This document shows, in pieces, positions 35,353 through 49,333 of a stretch of 64,000 nt of DNA. Location: assembly GCF_006345805.1 (NCBI RefSeq), contig NC_043007.1, positions 22,878,001 to 22,942,000 on the forward strand. The letters run 5' to 3'. The position numbers and the translations under genes are program-made. The notes beneath the pieces were generated by a model. The model did no database searches. It saw only the letters and a list, made by a program, of their open reading frames with translations, and had not been told where the DNA came from. The stretch's first letter is position 1. Each line of letters opens with the position of its first letter. This DNA is from Octopus sinensis (Eukaryota).

Positions 35353-38325
35353 CTCTTTCCTTCTACGGAAGGAAGAGCAAGCCTTCTATCGTACTCTCAA
35401 TTTTGGTCAACTTTTGCCGCAGGGTCTCGGAGGAGATAGTGTTAGTTGAAGGCTGCCATACACAGACAATTTCAGCTTTATATATATATATACATATAAT
35501 ATATAGAGAGAGATTAGTGTTTATAACTGATTCCAGCATCGTTAAAATTGCAGTTTTAGGATTCGATATCTTTCGTATAACTCTTGGTAATTGTTGTTAG
35601 ATCTACATTTATTGGCATTCGGAAGTCACGGCAAAAAAAACTAAATCCCTGTGTGGCAACTAAGCTTAATCTAGAACAAATTTTTTTACCCTTTTCAGAC
35701 AACCAATGCACTGATGAGGTTACCCAAGATGAGGTGTTCGAGAAATTCGGTTGGAATTCTGGCCAAAAATTCTTTGACTGGTTCGGCAATGTTCTAACGC
35801 AAAAGTGTGGAAACGCTGACATAACATTTCAAGAGGTAAGTACACAATGCATGTCTTTGTTACAAAGAATATGTACTGGGAACACAATTCTAACACTAAT
35901 TCCTGTTCATACTCTTTCAGCTTTACAAAAAGACTGGCAAGGAATTGTGTATTGTTGTTGTGAACGTAAACCGAATGAAGGAAGAATATTTTCACCCCAA
36001 AACAACACCTGATGTCGTTGTTCGTCTTGCAGTCCTTATGACCATCTCTGTTCCCGGTAATTATGCAATCTACAGTTCAATTTTCCTCATCGGTAACCTA
36101 ATGGTTTGCTGTCTTGTTCCAACATTTAAAAATTAATGTTTTTAAGTTAGACGTTTGACCAACTCAATGTAGCTTTTAGCCTATATTACCTGATAATTTG
36201 TAAATTTGCCCACTTAGAAAATTTTTTATCCTCTTGCCCTAACTATTTTGCTTCATCCATTTGTCTTCGAATCCAATTCTATATTTTGAAAACCTAGCTT
36301 GACTCTTAATTTCCATAAAATCGTTTCTGTTCTTCCCATGACCGTTGGAAACCCGTTTTTGAATACTTATCACTCATAAATTTATTAATAGGTTTGTCCC
36401 AGCCTGTGAAATTTAGTGTCGCTGATTCCCCCGAAAGCTACTACCTGGATGGTGGGATACTTTGCAACTACCCCATTCATTGCTTCGATGGTTGGTGGCT
36501 ATCGATGGAATCCTATAACTCATTTCTTCAGAAATGTCCAACTCCTGATATTAGAACGCTGCATCGAGAACGTTTCTCTGGCGTCAATTCCCAAAGCCTC
36601 GGATTTATCATGGTAAGTTTGTTTCCCCACTTTTATATTCGTTTCAGTACTGCAGTCCACTGCGTTCAGTTTTGTATCCTGGTTTATAAAGATGTCCCAG
36701 TTAATCACGAGCTATCCTTGTTTATTAACGAATACCAGTAAACAGGAATAATTTACAAAAATGGAATAACGTAAGTTACTGTGTAGAGTTTCTGTAAGAA
36801 TTTCCAAGAACTACGAAATTGTTCACACTAAGGCCTATCGTTCAAAAAAAATTTGAATTTTGACTTCATGTTTCTCAGCGCATTAAATTTGTATTCTCGT
36901 TTAAATCCAGTTCGACGATTACCACACCGCTAAGACATATAAAACAATGAAGGAACGCCTGGATCTTACTGAAGCTGCTATCGCCATACCCGAAAGCGAC
37001 CTTGGCAAGTAAGTATTTTACGAGTACATATGCTGTATGGAAAGCTGAGTAGTAAACCAATTCTACGGAGTGGGCGTAGACTATAACTTCAGATAATTTA
37101 ATCTTTATTTAAATACGAACTTAACTTTTATAACTGATGGCATTTAGTTTCAACTAAATTGTATTTCTTTTAAAGGAAATACAAAGAGGTCTGTCAAAAT
37201 ATTAAGCAGATGAAAATGCTATTTGAGGAGTTTCCAGAGGCCATGACAAAGCTTTGTGGGGTAAGTTACAAATTTTCAAATTTAAATCTGTCTATTGAGC
37301 TTAATCCTTTTGAGCCCTTGTGGCTATAATAAAGTTAGCTTAATCCTGATGATGTAAATGGTTTAAAATATAACTGAATTCCTGTCCATAAACAGGTTTT
37401 GGAGAAAATCAAAGACTGCAACAATTTGGCATCGGTTTCTGACTTGACAAAGGAGATAACCAACCAAGTAAGCGTTGAAACTAAATTCTTCTAAATCGTA
37501 TTTATCGTTCACTTTGATACACGGACATTTGAAAATGGGTTTGGTCACTTTTCTGTTTATAGGAATCTTTCTCTGCGATAGAAATTCGGGCGTTATTTGG
37601 AGTTGAAAATAATGAAAATGAGTGCCTTGCTTTTTTCCAAAAGCATTTTGATGCCAAGGAGATGGTGAGTTGGTTGGCCTTAGATATACCTAAACTTGTA
37701 TTGGATTTTTTTTGTAAACTTTTCACTCTTATTTCTTTCAGCTTCCAGTTACTGAAATTATAAGTTTTATTGAGAAAAGAACCTCTCGCAATTTTTACAA
37801 CTATAGTAAATTGTCAGCAAGGTCGAATATAACCAATTTATCCTCATTCTGGGGGACAATTAATAACGCTATCCATGAAACCAATAAACTGACTTCGGTA
37901 AGTATCGTTGTATATAGTTGACGTAACAATATCAGCATATATAAGATGGTTGAACTTACTCCTCCTGTTTATCTTCCAGGAAGCCGACTTGACCCGTACT
38001 GTTGGTATTTACACTGGTCATATTACCAATAATGATATTGACCTGGATGAAGCCGACGAAATCTATTTATTTCAAGTAAGTCCTCGATTTCTTTGACTCG
38101 TTTCTCCGTCAAATTCTTTGTCTTCTATAACTGCAACTTTCTAATTTGTAGCATGGCTGGAACTGCACAGTGGCCTTCTTGCGACAATTCGGCGCCCTAT
38201 CGATTATAACACCAGAAGAAATGGTATCTATCAGTACCCAGGCACCACCAGATGAACCAGACCAAGAGCTCGAAACAACAACGGAACAGACAACTGAATC
38301 GAAAACCACGGACCTTGAAGATTGA
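34376..38325 (+). CDS. Patatin-like (ExoU/VipD-like) protein, gene B, predicted catalytically inactive, 524 aa, 12 exons
   Basis: Exons 34376-34525, 34805-34952, 35699-35835, 35921-36056, 36392-36612, 36911-37008, 37176-37260, 37396-37467, 37563-37664, 37742-37897, 37980-38075 and 38152-38325. All are GT-AG and in phase (1575 nt). Motifs: NLIFEGCGAKA, KRFSGVGTG, YLDGGILCNYPIHCFDGWWLSM, RTVGIYTGHI. AATAAA at 38400-38405. Confidence 0.9.
35085..35507 (-). mobile_element. Non-autonomous Helitron in intron 2 of gene B
   Basis: Same 3' terminus as the 1115/1498 copies (...GCAACGCCGGGCGATACTGCTAG|T) and a TC/TA-rich 5' end, but a different body. Confidence 0.65.
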
Positions 38326-40236
38326 CTTTAAAATTTATATGCACCTGGAATCTTGATTTGTTACCGCTTCATTTTTTGGCCTCGTTTTTGATTTCTAGAA
38401 ATAAAATAATTCTTTAAAATATTTTCGACTTTACTATTTCACTTAAAATTTAAGGTCGATGGTGTAACTTGACCATACGACGTGCGTAAAAACTAAAAGC
38501 TCTTGAAGACTAGCAGCTCCTCGTGTTGTTACCAATGTTACCAATGTGGGCGCAGGTTTTGACGTCAGAACGTAAACAGCCGGTTATAGATGCCGCAAAG
38601 TATCTGGTTCGACTCTAACAGTTCCGCTGATGTTAGGTGAGCTTTTAATCGAACTCTGAAAAGATGAAAAGTGGTTGATCTCGGGACAATTCAAAGGAAT
38701 TCGAGACAAGGCCAATTGCCCAACGTTGAGATCTTTCAACTGGAAGTGTCCGTCAAATGACTTTAAAACTTTTGACGCAAGTAGCTATTGATAGCACCAT
38801 AACCCTGGCTCATGCTGAAAACGATGGTCACTAAGAAATTGATAGGTTGGCCTTCATTAAAAAAAAAAATCGATCTTGGTAATGCATTGTAAGATTGTTT
38901 TAGGAAATAAAAACTGAAGAAAAATTACCTAAATCTTTCGAGAAGTATAAAAAGTATACTGTATTTTCTTCAGCTTGTATTTCCTAAAATTTAATCTTAC
39001 TTTCAATGCCTTGCCAATATTCTTTTTCTGCTCGAAAATTTAGCTTTTATTTTATACTTAATGAATCCAAGTTTTAAATTTGTTTCATATTCGATATCGT
39101 TAAATTTCGAGCAGAACTTTTCTAATCCAAGTCGCGATAGCAATAATTTGGTATAATGGAAGCATCTGATCTTTTATCTACCAATTTAGTTTTTCATTTT
39201 AGCAAGACCTGAGGTGGGGAAACTCTGACATTGCTTAAGCAAGTTTTCATATGACTGACAAATATTGAACTCATTTCAATAGTTACTTCACTCCATTACA
39301 ACTTTTATCTTTTCTAATAAATGCCAATAGTATTATAAATTGTTCTATAAACCAGTTTTCTTTTTGTACTTGGTACAGCCAGGAAATCGTGTTCATTTTT
39401 TCTCCTCCGCTAACTGGAAAATTATCAAGTTAAATTTCTCAGCGTTTTAAGTTCGGAATCTGATTCTTAAGAGGAATTTTTCGCTTAATATCCTTAATTA
39501 AAATTTGCTTAAGTAAAATTGGATTTTGTCACTTTATAAGCAGTAACTTAACATCAGTTCTCACACATTTGAATTTTATTCGTGACTCTTGCACCTTGCC
39601 TATTTTCTGATTTCTGTAGCCAATCGTCTTGTTCCCAAAATAATAGTTCCCTCCAACCCACCATATTTATTTCCGTTTAGAGGCCATAAACTTATGCTAG
39701 TTAATATGAACGATATTAATACCTGCACCCCCCCTCAAAAAGTAGTGGCAGTATGACAATATAGTAACCACATCACAGCGCAGATGTAGTTTGGTAACTC
39801 TACGACCAAAGACTAACAAAAGCGATATTACGAAACTTAAGACAAACTACATTAGGTCATTCATTCTACAAGACATTGAGCAAAATCTTCGATAACACTA
39901 GTTCGACTTAATTGTTGCATAATCTTTCTCCAATAGCAAAGTGCTCTTAGATCTTTAATCTGCTTCAGCTAGTAAATAGCAATTGCGATAAATTCGCAGT
40001 ATCCCGATATTCGGTAGTCACCCCAAATTCATAAACTGTAAAAGTTCACACAGGTCTTTCACGTCTCTTTGTCCAAGGCGTAGCGGCGACAGCAATAAAA
40101 TGCTAGTTTTCTCGAATATAGAATTAACTTCATGGAGCGCTCGAAATGCTATTGCTTAACCAGTTCATCTTGGCATCCTTTGCCAACTGTTTCTTTCTTA
40201 TATCGACTCTGATGTTCAATCTATAGGTTACTTGTT

Positions 40237-40620
40237 GTTTTTTTTTTTTTTTTTTTTTTTATTACCCACAAAGGGACAATACAACCTGATTTGGGGTCAG
40301 ATTCAAGAATGATTTTACACAAAGGATGAAATTAGAAATTTACACATAATTACAAACATATAATGAAATCGGAGAAATCAAATGCTAAGACAAACCGGAA
40401 GACATTACGGATGGAGTGGGCGGCGGGTTTAGCTCGGAGCACCCGCCTCGCCACTGATACCTGGGTTTTGTCCTGTTTTGCATTCATGTGGTTCCATCCA
40501 CACGCAACATCCGTGCTTCACTCTTCCATCGATTTTCAAACACTGAAGTAATTCACCAATCCAGGGCCAGAGATGAAATTGCCTGACTCCAGTTTATAGA
40601 TTACTGCCTGTTACTGCCTC
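40237..40620 (-). mobile_element. 3' end fragment of the Tx1/L1-like LINE family; a third, shorter copy lies at 46948-47030
   Basis: Clear similarity to 51869-52260 (CTGATTTGGGGTCAGA, GGAAGACATTACGGATGGAGTG, CCAGGGCCAGAGATGAAATTGCCTGACTC) with a poly(A) tail on the minus strand. Confidence 0.8.
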
Positions 40621-41188
40621 ATAACACGCCTGTTTTCAACTGAGAAATGCTTTCGAAGCCACAACTTTATATTTTAGTCTGTCACTAATTTTTTTTTAAG
40701 TGGATCGTCGTAAGCAAAAGGACATGGTTGTGGGGAAACCAAAATGAAGCTTTTGCGACGATCAAGCAGCGCACACCAGTAAGTCTTTAATTCGCCTGTT
40801 AACGGTTTTAAAGTGTGTGCAGCTATGAGAAACTTATCTGCTGCAGTTCTCTTGCATTCCACCGAATTTCTATTTGACATTTCCATCAGACTGAAATCAA
40901 AACCTATCGACAAGTTGAAATTTGAACCCACGCTCCTCGGTTCTGAATAATTCACTGCAACTAGAAGATGAATAAACATCGACTATGTCCATTGCACGAT
41001 TTTACAGACTCGACAAATTCTGCTTTTTAATTAATTTCATTGTGTGGTAAGTAGCTTGCTTACCAACCACATGGTTCCGTGTTCAGTCCCACTGCGTGGC
41101 ATCTTGGGCAAGTGTCTTCTGCTATAGCCCCGGGCCGACCAATGCCTTCTGAGTGGATTTGGTAGACGGAAACTGAAAGAAGCCTGTC

Positions 41189-41229
<41 letters not shown>

Positions 41230-41244
<15 letters not shown>

Positions 41245-41588
41245 AACGGCAGTTTGTCTGTGTGTGTTTCTGTGTGTCTGTTAGGTTGTACCCTCACCCT
41301 GACCACGGCTTTTAACCGATTCTGATGAAACTTGACACACACATAGCCCAATGTCATAATTCAAAACTAACGCAGCGAAAATTTTGAAAAGTTCCCCCAG
41401 TTCTGAAAAAAATCGATAAATTCGACATGGGGTCGAGAATCAGAAACACGAACCACAGACTGTCTAGGGGACGCAACTCCACCTTTTTAACTCTCAAAAA
41501 AATTTACCATTTTTTGGCTATAACTCTCTAAAAATGCTTTATAGTTATTTCCCTTACAAACCTGAGCAATGCCGGGCGATACTGCTAG
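41230..41588 (+). mobile_element. Non-autonomous Helitron inserted into the (TA)n tract of a SINE-B copy (41040-41822)
   Basis: Ends CCTGAGCAATGCCGGGCGATACTGCTAG|T. The SINE halves flank it on both sides. Confidence 0.7.
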
Positions 41589-44239
41589 TATATATATATA
41601 TATGTGTGTGTGTTTGTGTGTCTGTGTTTGTCCCCCTAGCATTGCTTGACAACCAATGCTGGTGTGTTTACGTCTCCGTAACTTAGCGGTTCGGCAAAAG
41701 AGACCGATAGATTAAGTACTGGGCTTACAAAGAATAAGTCCCGGGGTCGATTTGCTCGACTAAAGGTGGTGCTCCAGCATGGCCACAGTCAAATGACTGA
41801 AACAAGTAAAAGAGTAAGGAGTAAACGTCTCTGAACGTCAGTATATTGACTAGTTTTATTCGACTTATCTTCTACCCTTTTTAAACATCAATTTCTATTT
41901 TCTTTTTCAAGCTCACAGTTGTAATATTCTCCGTAATTTTGCTTCATCCCATAATCTTTATTTATATGGAAGCTTAACACTTGGTCATATAAATGAAGGT
42001 TCTTTCGAATATTCTGGGAAAGTATTTTGCCTGTTTTACTCACGCGACGATTTCTTACATTCTCTTGACATCTTACAAATATTGAGTGGTATTCATTCGT
42101 TTCAGTCATTTGACTGCGGCCATTCTGGGGCGCCGCATTGAATTTTTGTCGAACGAATCGATCCCTGCATTTTTAGAGCCTGGTACTTATTCAAGCAGTT
42201 TCCTTTGCCGAACCGCTAAGTTACGGGGACGTAATTGCACCAGCACCGGTTTTCGAGGGTCGGTAGACGACTCTTGCTGAAGGTGTCACAGAGTGGACTG
42301 AAACCGAAACCATGTGGTTGGGGGAACTAACTTGCTACACAGCTAGGCCCGCGTGTACACACATACCTCATCTATCCTCATGAATTGAAAAGGATTAACT
42401 TTTCGTCCAATATCAACTGAAATCTATTGATTTAGAAAATTATTTTACTTCATATATCAACGCCCGATCTCAGTCGATTAGGGATTTAATTGATTAATTA
42501 GAAAGCCGCCGTTACAGATAGATCGAATTTATCAAAATATGAATACCCCAAATATCTCTTTACTCTCTCTCTCTCTCTCTCTCTTTACTTGTTTCAGTCA
42601 TTTGACTGAGGCCATGCTGGAGCACCGCCTTTAGTCGAGCAAATTGACCCCGGGACTTATTCTTTTGTAAGCCCAGTACTTATTCTATCGGTCTCTTTTG
42701 CCGAACCGCTAAGTGACGGGGACGTAAACACACCAGCATCGGTTGTCAAGCAATGCTAGGGGGACAAACACAGACACACAAACGATACAAATCTTTGACC
42801 AATTAGCGTACTGAATAAGAAAATTACGAAAACAAAAAAATGACTAACTCGAAAAAATAACTTACGTTCAAAGTATGTGCAGTGAGCCTTCCTCTCACCC
42901 CGTTCCGAAAGGTGGTGCAGATTGCAGGACTGTCTTAGCATATGCTCTAGGGCAAATCAATGCACTGGGCACCTATACTATCTATTTGCAGCAATCCAAA
43001 AACAGATCAGAATTGAACCCCCTAGACAATTGCTCAGTGTTCCCATACATTAAGACAGTCCAGGCAGATTAAATGGCTACAGGGTTGTATGCCCTTTGCA
43101 TAGTAAATATTTATCATGCTAAGAAAATACTTTCATTGAATGGTAAGCTAGTTATCTGTTTCTTTATTGCCCACAAGGGCCTATCTATATGATGAATCTA
43201 GTGGATCTTGCATGCATGAAGTGGATTCGATCCACCATAGCCAAATTTAAATTAACACTGCAACAGAACTTTTCTCCACGATGGAACAATGTTTTTTCTC
43301 TGGCAGCAGTTTTACATTTTCCAGATGCCTTTAGCTAGGCCGAAATAATGTCTTCACCACTTTACTCTTTCTAACCTCTTCTATTTCACCAAAAGCTAGA
43401 ATAGAGATAACAAGACCACCAACTAAATCTATTGTTCTCAGTGATATATTTGTCCCTTCTTTGTTGGCCCCTTGTGGGTAGTAAAAAAATCATCAACCAA
43501 GTAGTCACTTCAGTGACGACGAAGTCTGGTTGACAAGCTAGAACCTTGGTCAGAGGGAGAAATGAAGTTTACTGTCAGCAACTGTGAGACAACGTCCCAC
43601 ACCATACAACTCTTACTAGCTCTAATTCTGTTCTCTTAAAACATCATTCTATCTCTCTGTAATTACTACTAAACAATGAAGAGGACACAAACACAAACTT
43701 TACTTCGCATGCTTTCAGCTTTATCATAACCTGCCTGTCGAGGCAAAGTATTTGTAAGGTAACGGTAAATAAAAACTTCATGCATTGTTCATCTTTCACA
43801 TCCTACAACATACAATAACAATTTTTTATCGTGACAACTGACATAATAATGTTTAATCAATCTTACCCGTTACAAATCAGAAGATATGCATTATTTTTAA
43901 TATTTCACTTCAATTCAGCTACCTGGTTATCATCTCTACATAGCATGGAACTAGGCATAGAATCATGACAATCAGAGGCACTGGAGAACATTTCCTATAT
44001 GCTCCATGATCCGTGCAGTTTGAGCACAATGTCTGAAGAGAATGAATACAGCAAGAGCATTCTGCACTGCGAGAACTAATTGTTTCGCCAAAGGATTCGA
44101 TGTATTAATGTAGATCGCATCCTTACGTAGCTCCCCCCCCCCCAAATGTCTACAGCTCTGTCAATCACTGGCGACCAGCACTGCGAAGTAAAAGACAATG
44201 TTCCAGGTTGTAAATAGTGATTACTCTGACGCAGTCCTC

Positions 44240-44470
44240 AAATTGTGGAGAGAACTAAAGTCTTGACTAACGATTTAGTTTCAGGAAGTAGTGGAGACGT
44301 TTCCGCGATAAACGTCAAAATTCTGAACGAAATTGCCTCCTGAATTTTCTGAAATATCGAATTGTTTCCAGCAGTTCCACTTTCGCGAAGATAAAGATTA
44401 AAGCAGCAGCAAAAAGGCAACGCTAGGCCCAGAACTCCAGCCAAGACCACCAGCCGCCCTGCCATGCAGT
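44240..44470 (-). mobile_element. Probable decayed LINE apurinic-endonuclease (APE) domain fragment
   Basis: GRLVVLAGVLG...FNLYL...NNSIFQKIQEAI...TFIAE follows the GR-x-VV...NxYxP...FF..L...IxGDFN pattern of LINE endonucleases. The match is degenerate. Confidence 0.35.
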
Positions 44471-45915
44471 CAATGCCGAAGACCGTTCCATTCCCGACTT
44501 GGCTTTCTAAACCACGTCAGGTTTAAGCATCATTGAGGCACCCGATGAACAAAACACGATTGGTGCCAACGACTAGCTGAAATTGATTTTAAATTGACAA
44601 GGCCAGTAAGCTTGAGGATAGGAGATTAGGCTATTACATTGCTCCTTATGTTCAATTTGTCCTTATTTTATCGACTCCGAAAAGTAAAGCCGGCATCGAT
44701 GGAATTTAAACGACTAAAACACAGACGAAATTCTTAACACTTTACCCGGCGTGCTCACGATCCTGGCAGCTCGCCGCCTGTACTGGCTGAAATATTAAAA
44801 TAGCGTCATTGGAAGGGTTATTTCCGATATATTTCAGTTTGTGTCACGTCACTTCAACACCAGATGGTTAATAGCTAGGAAATAATTTAAGCAGTATGAT
44901 GGTGGCAAAACGATGTTATTCCCCCCACTTACAGAAATTGAGTTACTCCGCTATATAAGCAAGCAGCTGGCAGACACGTTAGCACGCCGGGCGAAATGCT
45001 TAGCGGTATTTCGTCAGCCGCTGCGTTCTGAGTTCAAATTCCACCGAGGTCAACTTTGCCTTTCATCCTTTCGGGGTCGATTAAATGAGTACTAGTTATA
45101 CACTGGGGTCGATATAATCGACTTAATCTGTTTGTCCCCTCTATGTGTAGTCCCTTGTGGGCAATAAAGAAATAAGAAACGTTAGCACGTCAGGCGAAAT
45201 GCTTAGCAGTATTTCGTTTGTCTACGTTCCGAGTTCAAATTCTGCCGTGGTCGACTTTGCAGTTCATACTTTCTGGGTCGATAAAGGTCAATCCAAGAGT
45301 ATATGTTGATTTATCTCCATTGAGCTCGTGTTAATGAAGGAGATAATTCCTGGTAACACATTCTGATTCAAAGTCGTGATCGTCTTAGGTAGAGGAAATT
45401 GGTTGCGATTCGAGGGAAAGTGATTGCCGTATCTATCAGGTCCTGTTGAATAGACGGCGTTTTATGCGGGTTAATATAGAAAAGGGACTAAAAGAATAAC
45501 TATTTTAGGTAAAGTGAAGATTGTACGTCGATTATTCAGTAATCCGATGAAGTTTGTTTTGAAGTCGAAACCGTCTGCAAAGGACAGTCATTTTTCTACC
45601 GATTACATCACTGGTCTTAAATGTAGTTTTGTATATTTAATACACGGTGTTTATGCATAATAAATATTAATACTTCGTAGTCATCTTAACATTTAGCTTC
45701 TATTGAAGCGATTATATATTGTGAACAAAAAATATAACCACATACATTCGTTGTAAAACTTTATTTCGATAACAACAATTCATTAAAGCCATAAACTATT
45801 TCGTTGAAATAAACAAAAAACTGCAAATTTTAGACGAGTTCAAATTGATCAAAGATTTTCGGGTATTCGTAGCCATTGTTGATGCAAATTCGTTTAAAGG
45901 GATTCGTCTTCGGAT

Positions 45916-48900
45916 TCAGGAAGTATCTGAACTACTAGATAGCAGGCTTTTCACTCCTGACGTGGAAGGCATGGACATCAGGTTGATATCTCGCAAGAAT
46001 GCCACAGCGCAGTTCCAACCATGCTAAAGAAAAAAAAAATAAAGTTGAAATTACACAAGACATTCTTGGTGAGAATGGCGGTCTGAGAATGGAAATATAT
46101 AAACTCACCTGATACAGGTAGGCTGCGTCGGCTTCATGCAGGCTATCATCATTATTGGTAACGTGACCAGTGTAGATGCCAACAGTGCGGAACAAATCGG
46201 TTTTCTGGAGGTTAGATATCAAAAGTAAAACTTGAAAGTTTCTAAACTGTCGTCAAATTGTGAATCTATATAATTTAAAATAATTGCAGTGTGGAAGGTG
46301 TTTATAAGCAATTTAAGAAACACAAAATCCGTTAGATTCACTTCATTTAAATTTAATTTGTCAAAATATTTTCGTCGCTTGGAGACTGCGACCAGTTCAC
46401 TGACAAAATTCCGTGCTGACATTTGTTACTGACGTAGTTCGGCACAACTCATTACAATACCTATTTCTTTACTACCCACAAGGGGCTAAACACAGAGGAC
46501 AGACAAACAGATCAAGTCGATTATATCGACCCCAGTGTGTAACTGGTACTTCTTTAACCGACCCCGAAAGGATGAAAGGCAAAGTCGACCTCGGAGGAAT
46601 TTGAACTCAGAACGTAGCGGCAGACGAAATACTGCTAAGCATTTCGTCCGGCGTGCTAACGTTTCTGTCAGCTCGTTATGACAATACCGGTGAGGGGCAA
46701 CCCAAGTTAAGATTTAAGGTGGCCCTCGTTTAAATTATATCAAATCTGGCAAAATAATGTGGATTTTAATTATTTTGAAACCAGGTACCTGAAGATAATG
46801 CCTTAGCCAACTAGCGTTGCTAGAATATGTGCCGCCCGGGGCAGCCCATCCATTTACCACCCCCGGATCCCACAAGCAGCACATTGCTTACAGACCCCAA
46901 AGTGCCGTCCTCATTCGACACCGCTAGTGGTCCTAGCTTTGTTTAGATTTTTTATTACCCACAAGGGGCGAACATAGAGGGGACACTACAATCTGATTTG
47001 GTGTCAGACTTACGAATGATAAATACACAAAATTAAATTTAAAAATTAACACAAAATGACAATATAATTAAAAACAAAAATTCAGGAAACGAAAAGTACT
47101 TAAATTCGATGTCTTTAACAATTCTTAATTACTTGGAAAATTGATATAAAAACAAATATAGAAAAAGCTGCACTTACCGTAACTGCTTTGTTCTTTTCGT
47201 TCGATACACTATTAACCGCTCCCCAAAATGAAGACAAATTATTCACTGCAAACTTTGGTGTTATCTGGCTGTAGTCGTAGAAAGACTGCCAGTGTCTTCT
47301 CTCGACAAAAGACACCACCTTGAAAGCTGGCATCTAAAAGACAATATAGGAAGATCACCTTTTAGCATTCGGATTACTCAATCAAATATCATTCACGTGG
47401 TTTCAAACTAATCATGCATCATCTCCGTTTCTAGATTTCGGTGATATGACTTATTTTTTAAAAAAGAAAACATTGTACGACACGTTAAGCTGGCTCTGGC
47501 CGGTTTGTAAAAGAAATTTAAAATGCTAGGCTAATCTATCTTGCAGACAATTATTTAGAGGCAAAGTAAATTCAAGCTTGACAACCTACCCTATCATCAC
47601 TGTTGGCATATGCTCGAAGCAATTCGTAACATTCTCTTGCGTTGTTACCCACTCCAAATAATACATTGATTTCAGCCGTACTGAAATTATTCTAGGAAAA
47701 AGGAAATGAAAGCTACATAAATGCATTTGAAACAAAAAATCCTTGTGATTACAGACTAATCGTTTACGTATATAATGGTATGGATTATAATGGTATGGAT
47801 TACATACGAAAAAATAATTTACTCACGCCTTTGGTCACTTCTCCTACCAAGTTAACTATGGATACTAAGTTGTCAGTTCCCTTAAGTGTCTCCAAAATCT
47901 GAAAAGTTACATAACCAAGTATTAAAAAGGTAAAAGCTATCGAGTCTAAAATGTTTCAAACTTTGGCATATGACCAGCAGTTTAAGGGGAGGGGCTAAGT
48001 CGATTACATCGACCCCAGTGCTGAACTGGTACTTGAACCTAAAAGGATGAAAGATGAAAAAAGGCAAGTCGATCCCGGTGGAATTTGAACTCACCACGCT
48101 GAGCAAGATGCTTTGCATTTTGCCTGTCATTACGTTCTAATTATTCTTCCAACCCGCCGCCTTTTATCAAGTTTAAGAATACTGATAGAGAAAAGGGTCA
48201 AATTCTTATTAAATCCCACTATTTCATTAGAGAGAAGCATGCATATCCAAGATACATAAAAATGAATAATTATTTAAGTCTTTTATCATAGCTCTAATTC
48301 ACCAGGGTTGCACTGGGCTAGACAAAAACTTAATCTTGAATTTAAGATCTAATTTAGAAGCGGGAGGAGGACACTCACATGTCTTAGTTTTTCATAGGCT
48401 TCTTCAAAGCCCGTACACATTAGTTGCATCTGTTGCAGCTTGTCTCTGGCCTCTTTCCATTTCCTTAGAATAAAAACAAATTCAGAAAAGTACATTACAC
48501 TAAATATTGCCACCGATGACCTCGAGATCATTTTAATACAGATTTAGAACGTTATTGAAAAGTCAGTGAGAAAGAAAATACTTACATGCTAAGTTCGGTT
48601 GCTGGCAAAGGGACAACGCCTCCGGTTTGGTCAAGTCGCCGTTTCATTATATCGTATATCTCGTCGTTGTGATAATCGTCAAACTGGAAAAAAAAAAAAA
48701 AAGAAGTTGCAAACAGATTTGACGGATGCTATTGAAATTTAAGAGACTACAGGCACTTATGAAAAAAGTTTTAATCAAACATTTAAGGAGCAAATAGGAT
48801 TAAAAAACTTTCAACTTGTAGATTTAACCAACGAAATACATTAAAATGATTAACATTTATGAAGAAAAAAAAAAATCACTTTACCGTCATAATGCCAAGA

Positions 48901-49291
48901 CTCATGTGGTTAAATCCAAAGAAACAGTCAAGCTCCAAAGAACTCAAGTTAACAGACGGTTGACATTTGCGAAGAAAGCGGTCACCGGGCTCCATCGATA
49001 GCCACCATCCTACAAAAGAATTTCAAAGCTCATGAGATCTGCGACAATTTTTTTTTTCTAGAAAAAAGAAAAGTCGCTGCACATACCATCAAAGCAGTGA
49101 ATTGGATAGTTGCAGATAATCCCACCATCCATGTAGAAATCTCCGGAGGACTCACTCAGACTTAATTTGCGGGGACGGTATATACCTATATTAAAAGAAA
49201 ACGGGTCGAGTTCGAATAATTTAGCCAATTAGTCTTGACAACTAAATATTAGTCAGGTTACAATATTTTGTGAACTAAATATTTTCTGTTA

Positions 49292-49333
<42 letters not shown>

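Noticed and set aside
44238-44465. ORF MAGRLVVLAGVLGLALPFCCCF... resembling a signal-peptide-bearing secreted peptide
   Set aside because: The pattern fits a decayed LINE endonuclease domain better, and I found no supporting downstream exons.
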